Assembly (NCBI GenBank): GCA_973895155.1
Contig: OZ316893.1
Location: forward strand, 12,292,359 to 12,356,358
Source: Marsupella aquatica
Taxonomy: Eukaryota > Plantae > Marchantiophyta
Direction: 5' to 3'
Length of the DNA stretch: 64,000 bases
Shown: piece by piece, positions 25,446-37,620 of the stretch
How the letters are laid out: each line of letters opens with the position of its first letter
Numbering within the stretch: position 1 is the first letter of the stretch
Program-made: the position numbers and the translations under genes
Notes under the pieces: generated by a model
What the model saw: only the letters and a program-made list of their open reading frames with translations
Database searches by the model: none
What the model was told of the DNA's origin: nothing

Positions 25446-25625
25446 AGGACTCTTGTATGCGGACCTTGCATTTTCCACTAATTGTTGTATGTGGACCTTG
25501 CATTTTCCATTGGCTGTCTACTCCATTTTCCACTGACTACTCCTGTACCCGCAACCTTGAATTTTCCACTGACTGCAACTACATTCAGTTTGCCATTATA
25601 TGCTCAAGTCTATCTTGATCAAGAT

Positions 25626-27815
25626 ATGGCACAACGCAGCACAATGACCACTACGCCATCAATGTCAATGGCAATCCCAACCTTCAGCATTGGGATGTTG
25701 GCCTTTGTGAACAACGAGATAAGTGTCCTTTCGCATGGACTTGACGCTACCAATCACAGTGATCTAGTCTCTAGCATGTTTGATAAACTCACACTCGATG
25801 AGAATCAGACGCAACTCCTGATTGATTTGCTGAATGCAAACCTGGATAGTATCAATGTAGAGTCATCCCTCAGTCAACAGGTTGTCGTTCAGGTTGAAGG
25901 TCAAACTCCATTTGATTTCTTGCCGAGGACAAGATGTTTTAGTAGACGATTGCTGCTGGTGGCACCAGTCCATCTGCGGCTGTTGATAAGTGGGCCAGGA
26001 ATGACCTTGACAAATATCATAGGTTTAAGGGTTGGGAAGTCACCATTCCCTTTGAAGATCTGTTTACCTGGCATGTGTAGTAGCTTACTTACAAAGTTTT
26101 TTGGGCAAGTTACTAAGAAAGATGGTAGTCTGAGCCAAACATTGATGGAGCTTTATCGTGCATTTCATAGGATGGTTCATCTTAAGCAGGAGTCCAGAGT
26201 TTAGCTGTCTGGTCAAGATGAGCCAACTTTCTGCATGAGGAGCGGCCTGCTCTCTAAACGGGTAGGTATTTCCTATGTCTTAGCCATGGAAAGATCTTGT
26301 TGGGCTGGTGCAAACCTGCCCCAAAAGAAAGCTGTTGTGATTTTGTTGTCACAGCTCTACAAGCAGACGATATTGGATCACAATTGTACAAGTCGTGCAC
26401 ATCCAAAAGGCCTGCAAAGAAGGTGTGTGTTTTACTTGCTTTGCAGATTTGCGATACGTGGTGGATAGAGGTTGTACAAGCTTGAGCAAACTGAGTTTCC
26501 ATTTGGTACTGATGAAGTTGGTGAGTATATTCGCTACAATGAACGACTGTTGAAGAACTATTGTGTGAGTCTTGATAGGTACCAAGAAGAACATTTCTGA
26601 CCTGCAACGACAGAATATGATTTGGATATGGTTGAGACGTTGAAGGAGTTGATCAGTTATCTTGCTGTGTCTAGTACGTTTCTATTTTGTCAGTCCATTG
26701 ACAACTTGTAGACTAATGTTTGGTATTCAACTCTTTGTGTGTCTGCCAAGAAGTTAACTGGATGCCTGAAGGAGATTCACAAGGAATGTACATGGTCTAG
26801 ATGTAGAAGCTGTCTCTAACAAGTCAGGAAGAACGACGTGTGTTGGCCTCCAAAGGTGTCCCGCCTACAGTGGGAATGCGGATCACAGGACACAAGAGTC
26901 AAGGTGCCTATAGCCGATATGACGCCATTGTTGAAGCATAGGTTTATGCTACTCAGAGATCTTTAGGTGAGAGGCCAAGAGCCCTTATAATTCTAATGTT
27001 CTTGAAGGACAGGTCTCTTCAAAAATAATGTGATTGAAGGTTGAGAGGAGCATGCGATTGTGAAGAAGGCTCGTTCAGAGACCCTATTCAGATAAATTTT
27101 TTCCATTTTAAACCTTGTTTTTCAGAAGTAAAGGTTACTAACACAGTTTTTTTTGTTTCATAGGTAGCTCAGCTAGCCACAACAGCAAAGTGTTTGAAGT
27201 GACTAGTGTGGGGTCAAGTGTAGCTGCTCCTGCAGCTGATACAATGGTCAGGATTCATAGAGTGGACATGATGATTTTGGGCCCTGAGAACAACCCAAAA
27301 GTAGTGTCATCAACTACGATGGGGACTGCAATTGAGGAGGGTGGACAATTTGCAGATGATGACTTTGAGGGAGTGGAGTGGATGCACGACTATGATTGGG
27401 ACAAGTACATGTCTCCATGGGACCGTGAAGGAGGCCATAGCACTCTAGGGGATAACTAAGCGTATATTTTGGGGTACCACGTGCAATCCTAGCCTAATTT
27501 AAATAGACTTGTTTTATATTTAAGAGAATATTTTATATTTTCAATATTAATAACCTCTTATAATATATAAAAGGTAAATATTAGAGAATATTCTATAAAC
27601 ATGAGTTTATAATACTTTCTTTTGCCTCCTACACTTTTTAAAAATTTAGTTAATTCCTATAAAGAATACCTATTTTGGATCGCACGTGGTTCCTAAAAAT
27701 TTTAATAGTAAACCCCTCGAGCTGCAACACCATTATGAACACAATCAATGCTCTCATTGGGAAAATATCTGGAATGACCAATTGCACAATCAATTTTAAC
27801 ATCAAGTCACTCTAG
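25626..27815 (+). pseudogene. DUF3504/Crypton-type tyrosine recombinase with multiple stops and frameshifts
   Basis: Manual translation: LLTKFFGQVTKKDGS...TLMELYRAFHR; HPKGLQRRCVFYLLCRFAIRGG*; YIRYNERLLKNY; VSNKSGRTTCV; ITGHKSQGAYSRYD; EWMHDYDWDKY; MTNCTINFNIKSL*. It is collinear with copy A. Confidence 0.8.
27447..27717. mobile_element. AT-rich MITE inserted in the last exon of recombinase copy B
   Basis: Imperfect TIRs AGGGGATAACTA...ACCACGTGCAATCC and GGATCGCACGTGGT...TAGTAAACCCCT. Homology to copy A resumes right after it. Confidence 0.7.
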
Positions 27816-30800
27816 ACCAACTGAGTACCACGAACAAAGTTGAAACAAGCCACTACAAGAGGCCTTTGTGGCATATAGATTGTAGGTAGTATAAGCAACA
27901 AGCTAGGATAGATTCTTGTAGCGATTGTAAATGGCAAGCTCAATTTTGGCTGCCAATATTATAATTGTAGAGTGTTTGGTAAGATAGCGCCACTTTTCAG
28001 AGACTATGTGTCTCAAATAATTGACATTTGCTAATAAGTCCATCTTAATATACCCAATGACCTTTATTGGTGTTTCAAAAGGCTCCTTTCAATGTATCTT
28101 TTCTTTTCATATAATAAAGTTGGTACTCTCCACCGTAGGAGTTTTGCATTTGATAACAATTATGTTTATATTAAACTCCAGTTAGGCTGCTGTAATTTGA
28201 ATTGCCACGCCTAGGCCAAGTTGAGCTGGTTAGCTTTCGAATACAGCTCACCCTATGTCACATTTGGTCTATACAGTTGTACACATAAAACACTCACGGT
28301 GAGTGTTTTATGAGATATAATATCTACAAAAAAACCTTACATGTCATCTCATGAATGGCCAAAGAGAGTAATAGACAAACACTTTTCCTTAACGGGGGAC
28401 TTTCGTCGGGGCATAGGTGAGGTCACAAGTCAAGTCTGGCTTGGGCGGTTCGGGCACGGGCTCAAATTGGGCATCGGGCACCACTCGGCCCAGGTGTGGC
28501 GCGATTTGGGTGTGAGTAGGGAGGCAAGTTGGGCATCATCGGCCACACGGATGGAAGGGTTGCGGCGGCTTTTTTCCTTCAATGTTTCCACATTTTACCT
28601 ATTTTTATTGTTCAGTTTTTAAATACTTTGCAATTAAAGATATTCTAATTAAAAACATTATCACAGTTTCTTTGTATTTACTATTCTGTATACTGATGAC
28701 AAGTTCACCAAGGTAATAAGAAAACTATATAGGCATATTTGTAAATATAAATAAAAAGAGTAGCAGAATTGTAAATTGAAACATCTTTATTGGCAATGTA
28801 CTTTAAAAGCTTGCACCCAAAATAGACCTGTAAGTTCAAATAATTACCACGGACAAAACAAGGCGCAACATTTTATTATAGTTTTTGATAGACTGTAGCC
28901 TGTGCCTACCCATTTAAAAGTCACACTTAAGTGTTGTTGTATTTGCATTTGACAAAACATTGAGGCCCGTCTAGATCAAAAAATACCATGGGGGCATTTT
29001 GTGAAGCATGCAGATCTATCTGAGCCTTGTTTATACATGTCAACCTGAAGTTACTAACATACCTCTTTGTAACATTAAAATTGCCAGTCAAACAAGTCTG
29101 CACACAGGTTAAAGTCCACATTATTTTGTACTCTGTTTGGCACTTTTGGTAAAACATTTGTATTTTTCCTTGTTAGAGTAGTTTTTCATCATCTGTCAAA
29201 CAAGTTGTCAATAGAGTAACTCAAAGCTCAGAATTTTATAGACCGTAACTCCATAGTTACAAGCTACAGATGACAAGTTAATTACAAACTATCAAATTAG
29301 TAGTCCGTATCCTTTTGACATAAAAATTGATAATATGTCAACCTCATTAGTCACTCTAGATTTGTACTTTTTTAAATTAGGTAATCTTGTAAGAAAGTTA
29401 AGATCATTCCATTATGATCAAGTGGTTGATTTCAATTCATTTCCATCATTCAAAGGTTGCCATGTCAGGATTTTTTCCCTGATTATTTCTCATTAAGAAA
29501 TTGCAGTATTTCATATGGTGTCTATATGGTGCAGCTGTGTGACTCTCTGCGATGTATGAGCTGTCAGGAATGCGGGCGAGCTGGGGTCAAATTGAAATCT
29601 GAGAGCTCCCCTAGACACATTGGTCCTTTGACAAAGAGATAGACACCATAACTAAGTATTGTGTGGGGTGTTCTGCTCTGCAGTTGCATTAGTGAGCTGC
29701 CCACTTGAAGAGGGCGGAAATGAGGCGAAGATACTGAGCTTTGCCGACAATATCTAAAGGAAGCCAGCAGGATAAGGATTGATTCAACAAAACTCCCATC
29801 TCACATTCCCTCGAGTAAAGAAACACATCAGCAAATGCAGGACATCTTTATCAAGAGAGTACTGAAGTCAAAGAGATGAGATCGTAAGAGCTGAAGTTGA
29901 TGCTCAACTTCAACATGCCAGATTGTGTTTACAAACATACAAAGAAAATTACAACCAGGAATTTGTGTTGCATTGAGTTGCCTAGGTCTGTACAGGAGAA
30001 TCATAGCAGTGCTAGGTGATAGAGACAACCATGTGATGAGGCAACCATTAACCACACTGGCAGTCAGTTGTTGAGGTCCTCAGCTAATTTTGCACAGTTC
30101 ACATGCAACACTTCAAATCAGTGTATTACTCAACACTTAATGTTTTGCTAAAGACGATCGTGTTCCTTAATAGGGCCACTGTCCAGGACAAAACCTGTAT
30201 ACACCAGGTTTCACCCTTTTTACTACATTTTTCTTGAAATTATGGAGCAAACTCTCACGCTAGGGGAGAGAAACAAGTTTCACCATGTTTAGTATATTTT
30301 TCTTCGAAATTAAGGGGGATAGTTTTTGGCCATGAAGTACATGGTTAAGGAAAGGAGCTGTCCCTTTATGGGACGTAAAGATGACTGTAGTCGGGACTGT
30401 AGTATATAGTATTTTGAAACCTATTGGGTCCATTGTGGCGCAATGCCTCGTCGTCAGGGGCGAGCATTCCTCGGAAGCGGAATCGCATTTTGAGAGAATG
30501 ATTATTTTGTTGACTGAGGTTCATCGTCCATTCGTCCGGGAATAATGCAGAGAAACAAACAAAAAAGCAAGCCACGCTGCAGCATGGTACTCGTCTGTAG
30601 CTGTCACTCGCTGACGGGAAAACGCCAACACTGACGGCGATGGCCATGGCCAAATAACTGCTTCGAGCTTCGGGATTCGCGTCGTCAGGGCGGGAAGTAC
30701 GGCTGGCGGGAGAGAGGCAGTGCGGGCGACGGGGCATGACAGTGACAGAGCATCATTCTGCAGTTCTGCACGTCAATTGGTAAACAGGGGAGAGCCCGAT

Positions 30801-31187
30801 CAACAAGTTCACTTTTAAGAATCTATATTTTTCGTGGGGACGAATGCCCATTGTGTAATATATGCAAAATATTTGGAAGCTAATTATTAAACAGTATTTA
30901 CTTGTGCGAAGAGACAACTTTACTAGATTTATTTCTAGGTACTATCTTTAATAGATCTAAATAAAAACTGACTATTTAATTTAACTATAATATTTTGTTT
31001 ACTCCTGAATCTCCCTCGTTTCAGTGATAAACGTGATCTGTCCAAGTATTATTAATAATTACTCGTGCTGCGAGAAAATTCGAAGAATTCGTTGCTTAGA
31101 TTTATTGGATTAAATTCTGATCACTAAATTTCCTCGAATTTCCTCGTACTAGTAGATGTTTCTAGGAGAATGCATTATTTTACTTTA

Positions 31188-31281
31188 TTGGTTCAGTTTC
31201 TGACGGGCAGATCTCCTACACTTCAGGATGATCATTGGCTCAGTTTCTGACGGGCAGATCTCCTACATTTAAGGATGATCA
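31188..31281. repeat. 47-bp tandem duplication
   Basis: TTGG(T/C)TCAGTTTCTGACGGGCAGATCTCCTACA.TT.AGGATGATCA occurs twice. Confidence 0.9.
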
Positions 31282-32984
31282 TCAAGTTCTGGTCAATGTC
31301 TGGACCGTGGCCAGGGGAATTAAGTTACACGATTGTCCACCGTTTGACGCAAACACACAAAAAAATAATTATTTAATTCCGATAGCCTTAGATGTTAAGA
31401 TAGCCGTCCGATTTTAGCTAGTGTGGGGAGAACGTTCATCTTGTGACTGCACTAGGCACCTATATCATTTTGACGGCGCAATTTGACTGCACAATCTGAC
31501 GGCCCATTTTGACGGCACTGTTTTTCACCGTCCAGATGATATTCTTGTAAACTTTGGACGATAGGATAGATCACTAACTTTCAGATTTCGCCCAGCAGGC
31601 ACAATCACGTGACGACTGTCTCTGGAAGGCTGACCATTCTGCCCCTTTGCTGCCTCCACGTCCGCTCCAGATCACGATCGATCTTCACGTTCCATCAGAG
31701 TTTAACGGTCTCCATATCATCGGAAAACACATCTTGCTTGGTAATGTTTTGGATGATTTTCGTTGGCTGACGTAGTTTCCTCGTGCTCATGTGAATATGT
31801 ATTGTGCGTACTGCGTAGGCTCAACGACGTAAATACTATGGAGGTTTCTCGATGAAATCGTTCACCGTTAGCTTGATGAATGAGACAACGATGGTCGACA
31901 AGCTCCCGCCAACTGACAAGATTCTCAACTGTCAGCGCTCCTCCTACCGTCCTTCAAAAGCTCTTGGAAGAAATTCTCTCTAGTGTCGAGCTTCTAGTCA
32001 TAAATAGGAGTAACAGTATCAACCTCCGCTTACACAACTATATGCAAAGATTGGAACATAATTCACCAAGCTTGTCTCCCATCTCTTTCGACTACTGACC
32101 CGATTTCCGATTTACTGTTAAAATGCTCCTACAAGACGTGCCAACTGTTTACAAGCTTACTAGAATGACTCCCATTCTACTGCTCATGCAGAATTTCTAG
32201 AGTCGTCATACTTCAATTTGACGATGCTTGTAACTCAGCTTAACAGACTAGTAGGCGAACATGACAAAGCATCATCCAAAATGCTGCCTAAACGTTGCTT
32301 GTTACAACCAAGTAATTGACGTCTCAGGTTGTTTTGGCGACGGTGGAAGAGCACTGGAAAGAACCGCACTCGTTTCTTTCAACAAATTCTCCCCAAGAGC
32401 AAACCCCAAATAGGCCATTCCATGAAACAACCTCCCAACCTACGTGCTTCTGAACCAAAGGACTTCGAGAATGATCCTCTTGTGATTCTCTTCTTTATTG
32501 AAAGAGAGAATCACGCAATTCCATTAAAACCAATCCCTGTAAACTTTCACGATAAGATCACCTGCACAAGTCTACAAAGCATCCTGCTAGACACTAAGCT
32601 AATGAGTATTAGCTTTCAATAGTACGATATACGCAGCCACTCCGTGCGACGACAAGTCAACTGGATGTTAACTGTTACGGAAGTAACCAATCTAAGCGTC
32701 TACCTCCCAATGCGCTTTGAGTCGGGATTTCAAGATACTACACAACGACCAGACATAACAACATATACTTGTGTTCGCAGATTGCTCCCCGCAACACGCA
32801 TCTAACGACGATGACACTAACGAAACATGAAGCTCAAGCGTCCGATTTCGCTCCGGACAGGCTCCACAACCTAATCCGCTACTGTCGTAAGCCTGCGTAC
32901 TCTCGCAAAGGAAGCCCTGGTGAATTTGCAGGACTCCATTTCAAGATATGAAATGTTCAATGGAGTCCTGCCCACTCAGGATTC

Positions 32985-33350
32985 TCAGCAACAGCAGCAT
33001 AGAACGTCGAGACAGCACTCGCATGTCTCGTAGCAGCAGAAACAGCAACATAATGTGAAGGCGCTGCATGACGAACATGGAAAACAATGCAATCAGTTTT
33101 GGTAGTCTCTCAACGAGCAAAATTTACTAGACGAACTTTGTGGATGATTGTGAGAATTAAACTCTTCGCACCAATTGTTCAAGAAGTACTGAGCATTAAC
33201 ATACATGTAGATCTGCAAGTACGGCTCTATATATGAGGCAGGGTAGTAAGTAACATCGGCAACTCACCATGCATAAAGGCAACCCTTCTCATCTTTCCTC
33301 TTGTTAATGTGGTCAGTGTAGGTCATATCCTGACTGTAGGGAGCGTCCAT
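32985..33350 (-). CDS. CDT1: CADMIUM TOLERANT 1-like (CYSTM-related) Cys-rich peptide, 53 aa; not the replication licensing factor
   Basis: Exons 33350-33268 and 33063-32985 (intron GTGAGT...GCAG) give [53 protein letters not shown]. This matches the plant family pattern [23 protein letters not shown] 5'UTR intron probably spans about 34570-33358. Confidence 0.92.
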
Positions 33351-35096
33351 CTTGAATCTGTACAAAAATTCTTGTTGGTGAGAATCGGAACAGCGACGTG
33401 GTCTGCAATCTTGGAGTCAGTTGTCAAGCCCATGATAGCAGATGGACTGTGGCTAGACTGCCCGGCCCATCTACTTCCATCAGAGCAAGCGTTACAAGCC
33501 GTCAATGACACTACTAACACATAGGAAACTTGTCCCTGACATTAAATCAACCATAAACAAAGCAGGGTTGGACAGATCACCACGAAAGCAGAACATTGGA
33601 CGGTGAGAGACTAGAGAGAAAAGGGTGCAACAATCTCATTACCTTCATCCTTTCATGAGCTTGCAAATAGACGAACAGCAAAAGCGTAACAAGAAGAGGA
33701 CTGAGGAGAACGATAAGTGAACTAAAAGTCTCGGGAGCTACGACAGCCATGATACGTTGTGTGCGGCAGATCACAAGACAAGCTCCGGAGGAAACCCGTC
33801 GTTAGTTTGGTAGAAGGATAGCACGAAGAGAGTGGGCGTCACGGCAGCTGAACTATCGACTCGCCATTCCCACTTACCAACCACAAGTAGTAATACTATC
33901 CAAGTGCACTGATGTAACTGCAGAGCGAAGAAGGCTGGCAGCACTATGGCAAATTAAGTCACAAAAGTGATCGCAGTATAGTGTCAACAGTAGCGAAACA
34001 GGGGATCCCTGATAAATCCACCAACTCTATACTACCTCTTGCATGAGTTTCGATGGCACAGAAGAATGCTCCAGCAAAAAATAGAAGCACAGATCTAGAA
34101 AACAACACAGAAAACGTGAAAATTCGAAAACTGTAGCCGCGCTACTTTCTCATAAGGGAAGGACAGGGACAAACAAGTAAAGGGGTTTCCAATCCGACCG
34201 AAGGAAGTATATGGCATTGAAAATCACATATATTACGCAGCAGGCTGACAGCCAGAATCGAAACCACAGGCCGCAAAGAATATCGACACACGCGAGATTG
34301 GAGAAACTGGAAGGGAACGAGTCCGGCACAGAGCCGTCGACGACGAGACCTAGAAACGAGAGTACACGGGTACAGATTGATCGAAGAAGCACCCAAAACG
34401 AACGCAGACAAGATCTAGAAGGGGAAACGTGCACACGATGATTGACCCCGCACCGGAAAAAGTCACACGACTACGAACAGTGAAGAAGAAGCAGGAATAA
34501 GAAGCAGGACCAGCAGCAGCAATGAAACAAAGACAAGGATTGAAGTGCAAGCAGAACCACCCACAACTCACCAACAAAAAATCCTTCCAGGCCGAGCCGA
34601 GCCGATTCGATTCAACTCGTCGTGTATCACTTCTTGCTGACGACGTGGGAAGCGAAAACACTGAAATGAGCGCTCCCTACTAGGCCCTCAGCGAGCCGCA
34701 GCTGACATATACCCGGTATCGAGATGGCATCGAGATGGCATCGAGACAGCTCACCTCTTATTTCAGCTCGGCAAATACTAATTACCGTAATTAACTGATC
34801 CCCGTGGCTCGCGAAGCTGGCGCACTACATTACTCCAGCAAGGGCGATGTTACCGTCATTTGTGCTCGACTTCTGGCGATGGTGCGGGAGTGCTGGACTA
34901 CTACTGGAAGAGTGTCACTCGCTTTCTTACTGCCAGTCAGGTGTTTGGCTTTTGCTTTTTACCGCGACCTTCACGGCTCGAATGACAGCGTCGCTCATTT
35001 GGGTGGAGCACGCGTTCTATGAAGAGGATATCCACATGTCCCTTGAAAGTGGGATCCTATCACATTGTCCACCTTCAGGCACGGAGATGGACCCCA

Positions 35097-35245
35097 AGGC
35101 AGTGTTGGAGTGATGTCATTTTATTTTCCAAACATCTTTATAGTAGGCAGTCCTGGAGTGATGTCATTTTTATTCGAAACATCTACTGTATATAGTAGGC
35201 AGCGTTGGAGTGATGTCATTTATTTTTCGACCATCTACATAGTAG
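35097..35245. repeat. About 52-bp tandem repeat, 3 copies
   Basis: AGGCAG...TGGAGTGATGTCATTT...CATCT...TAGT occurs three times. Confidence 0.85.
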
Positions 35246-35788
35246 GGGTCTCAAATCTCAAAATATGATGGACCTTTAAGGTTATGGCCAAAAAAAGCTA
35301 GAGACTACCAAAGTCATGATCCATGACTCTTTGCTGTAAAGACTTATCATATGCCATATCACTATAGAGGCTAGTGAAAAAAATTAAAACTTTACATAAC
35401 CTGGAAAACCTATTGTTATTTACTTCTGGCCAAAAACCATCATCCAAAACTATGAAGCCTTGAGATGCCCTAACTGTAAGTAAATGTTAATGACCCCCTC
35501 AATTTATTATATTCATGCCAAACCTTACTATTAAATCGTGATGCAAAACTACAAGTTTTGAAGGCCTATGTCTAGATTGAAGCCCACAGACCATGACTTT
35601 TAGGGTGATAATCATATTAGGGGTGGGGGTGAAAATGGGAATGGGAATGGGGGTGAAGTAGTGTTGGGAGTAGTGCGTAAGGGCCGCCTGTGAAGAGAGT
35701 CGGTGGAGTAGGGGCTGTATGTGAAAAGAGTCAATGGATTAGGGAAATTGCTTGTGAATCATTGAGGGTTGAGAGCTATGGTGAAACA

Positions 35789-35950
35789 TGTTAGGTTATG
35801 CCTCTAGTATAACCTATTGACTTCCATCGTACTAGTTAGAGTTCAACGTACTAGGATAGCACTTGTATGAGTTCCAAGTTCCCATATTAAACCATGGGAG
35901 GGGATAACCCAAGGGGAACACAACCTTGTGCTCACACTTGAAGACTCACT

Positions 35951-36004
<54 letters not shown>

Positions 36005-36133
36005 ATGTCGACTACGACAAGTGTAATTGGTTTGTATCATTGGATTTCTCTCATGACCGTGGACATAGCCTAGACGGATGAACCATATAGTTTTAGTGTC
36101 GGATTCTATAGATGTTGTTCACTTGTGTTGACA
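35789..36133 (+). mobile_element. Degenerate solo-LTR-like sequence containing (GA)n
   Basis: Starts TGTTAGG and contains CCGTGGACATAGCCTAGACGGATGAACCA, resembling the CCGTGGACGTAGCCTCAAGGAGGTGAACCA core of the copia LTRs at 54.7 and 60.8 kb. No TSD was found. Confidence 0.4.
35953..36004. repeat. (GA)n microsatellite
   Basis: Pure GA dinucleotide run. Confidence 0.97.
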
Positions 36134-37179
36134 TTGCCTCATTAGGTCTAGATTTATCCCAAAAAATGACCAACTTTTCTTCAATTACTTGAAGAGGCTT
36201 TGGTCAGCTGTTGTCATTGAGGGTCAACATTTTTTTATCATCACCTCTATTCATAGTCATATTCAAAGAGTAGTTGGGCTGATCATAAAAATCACCACAT
36301 GTTGATGATGTGTGAGAGCATGAAAATCTATGAGCCTGCATATGTGGCTGAGCTTGTTATGGGATGGATTTAATAAATTCATAGGGTGTATAAAACATTC
36401 CTTGTATCTACTGGGATGCATGTGATGAGTTTATGGGGTGAAGCAAACATTCCCTGAATCCATCTAATCAAGGGTCATCAAAACTAGGAGAAAACAGAGA
36501 AGCCTCTAGTGTGACTTTGAGGCACATCTATGGGTGGAGGTGGAACTTGAAAACGGACACATGGTACTCACTTGCCTACAAGCAAAGCTGGGGCATGCAA
36601 ACTAGTTATATAAGCATAGGGTACTCAACAGGTGTAGCTCTTTTGGATGCCAGAGAGTATCATGCACAAAGCAAATAGTATGTTGACTTTCTACCCAGAA
36701 CAATTGATTGTAGCTCTTGGGGTTACCATGGAGTGTTGTATCATCCATAAAGCATACTAGCCCAGTGCCGGTCCTTTGGATATCAAAAATTCGTGATATA
36801 AAAAAGAAGCTCATTAAAATTTCAGTCCCCATGATGGTACATTTCCATGCGTGCCTGGCTAGAGTCACTATCCAGAGGCTTATTTTCATGATTATGTAGT
36901 TAGATAGTGTACCCGTGAGAGATCTGGTTTTTATCTCCCAAACTATGGCAGGTCCCATACTTGGGATGAACCTCCTCGCCACATGAGGTGAGGAGTACAT
37001 CCTTTACCCAGCCGCAAGTGCCTGGAGGGCAAGGGACGGAGGGCAGAGTGGGGTGAGCATGACAGGCAGGGCGAGGCCTACCTCACCCTCACTGTCCCTC
37101 TCCCTACCATTACCCTCCCTTTTGCTCCTGCTTTTGCTTACAAGGGAGGGTGGGAAAATGGAGGATGAGGGTGAAGGAG

Positions 37180-37620
37180 TGGCAAGGAGGCAGTTGGGGG
37201 GGGGGGGGGGGCACAAGGGATGGAGGAGAGAAGGATAGGGGAGCGACAAGGGGGAAAATGTGAACCTCCACCTTACATTGAGCTTGTATCACACTTGCAC
37301 CATCACTTTCACAAATTACAAGTACATTTTTTGTCACAAATAACTCATTTATATAGAAAAACATCTTTTTCACAACAACATCTATTTTGGAATGATGTCC
37401 TTTGCACAACAACATCTTTTGCACAATAATACCTTTTACAAATTGATAATTTTTGAGTAAAATCTCTATCACAAGTGACATCTTTTATGCATTGACTTGT
37501 TTGCACGACAACTCTGCGAACAATGTCTTTTGCCCAAAGACATGTCTTTCTCAATGACATCTTTTGTGCAACAAAATCTCTCCCCCAATAATTTCTTTTC
37601 TGCAAACTACATCTTATATG
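37180..37620 (+). mobile_element. Helitron-like family remnant (G-rich head plus ACATCTTTT minisatellite)
   Basis: Same ACAACATCTTTT repeat body as 45560-46690. The G-rich head resembles 54400-54560. Confidence 0.4.

Larger units (their letters stand above)
25450..28397 (+). mobile_element. Crypton-like tyrosine-recombinase element, copy B (degenerate)
   Basis: Contains the recombinase pseudogene at 25626-27815. The tail block 28090-28141 matches 23653-23705 in inverted orientation. It ends in CCTTAACGGG (28387-28396), the exact reverse complement of 23422-23431. Confidence 0.7.

Noticed and set aside
23327-28397. Reading the recombinase pair as a DIRS retroelement, a Starship captain or a bacterial integrase
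   Set aside because: There is no RT, RNase H or gag and no cargo genes. The motifs fit the DUF3504 type, and a spliceosomal intron argues against bacterial contamination.
36200-36950. Possible decayed coding remnant
   Set aside because: Manual translation gave several stops and no motif I could assign.
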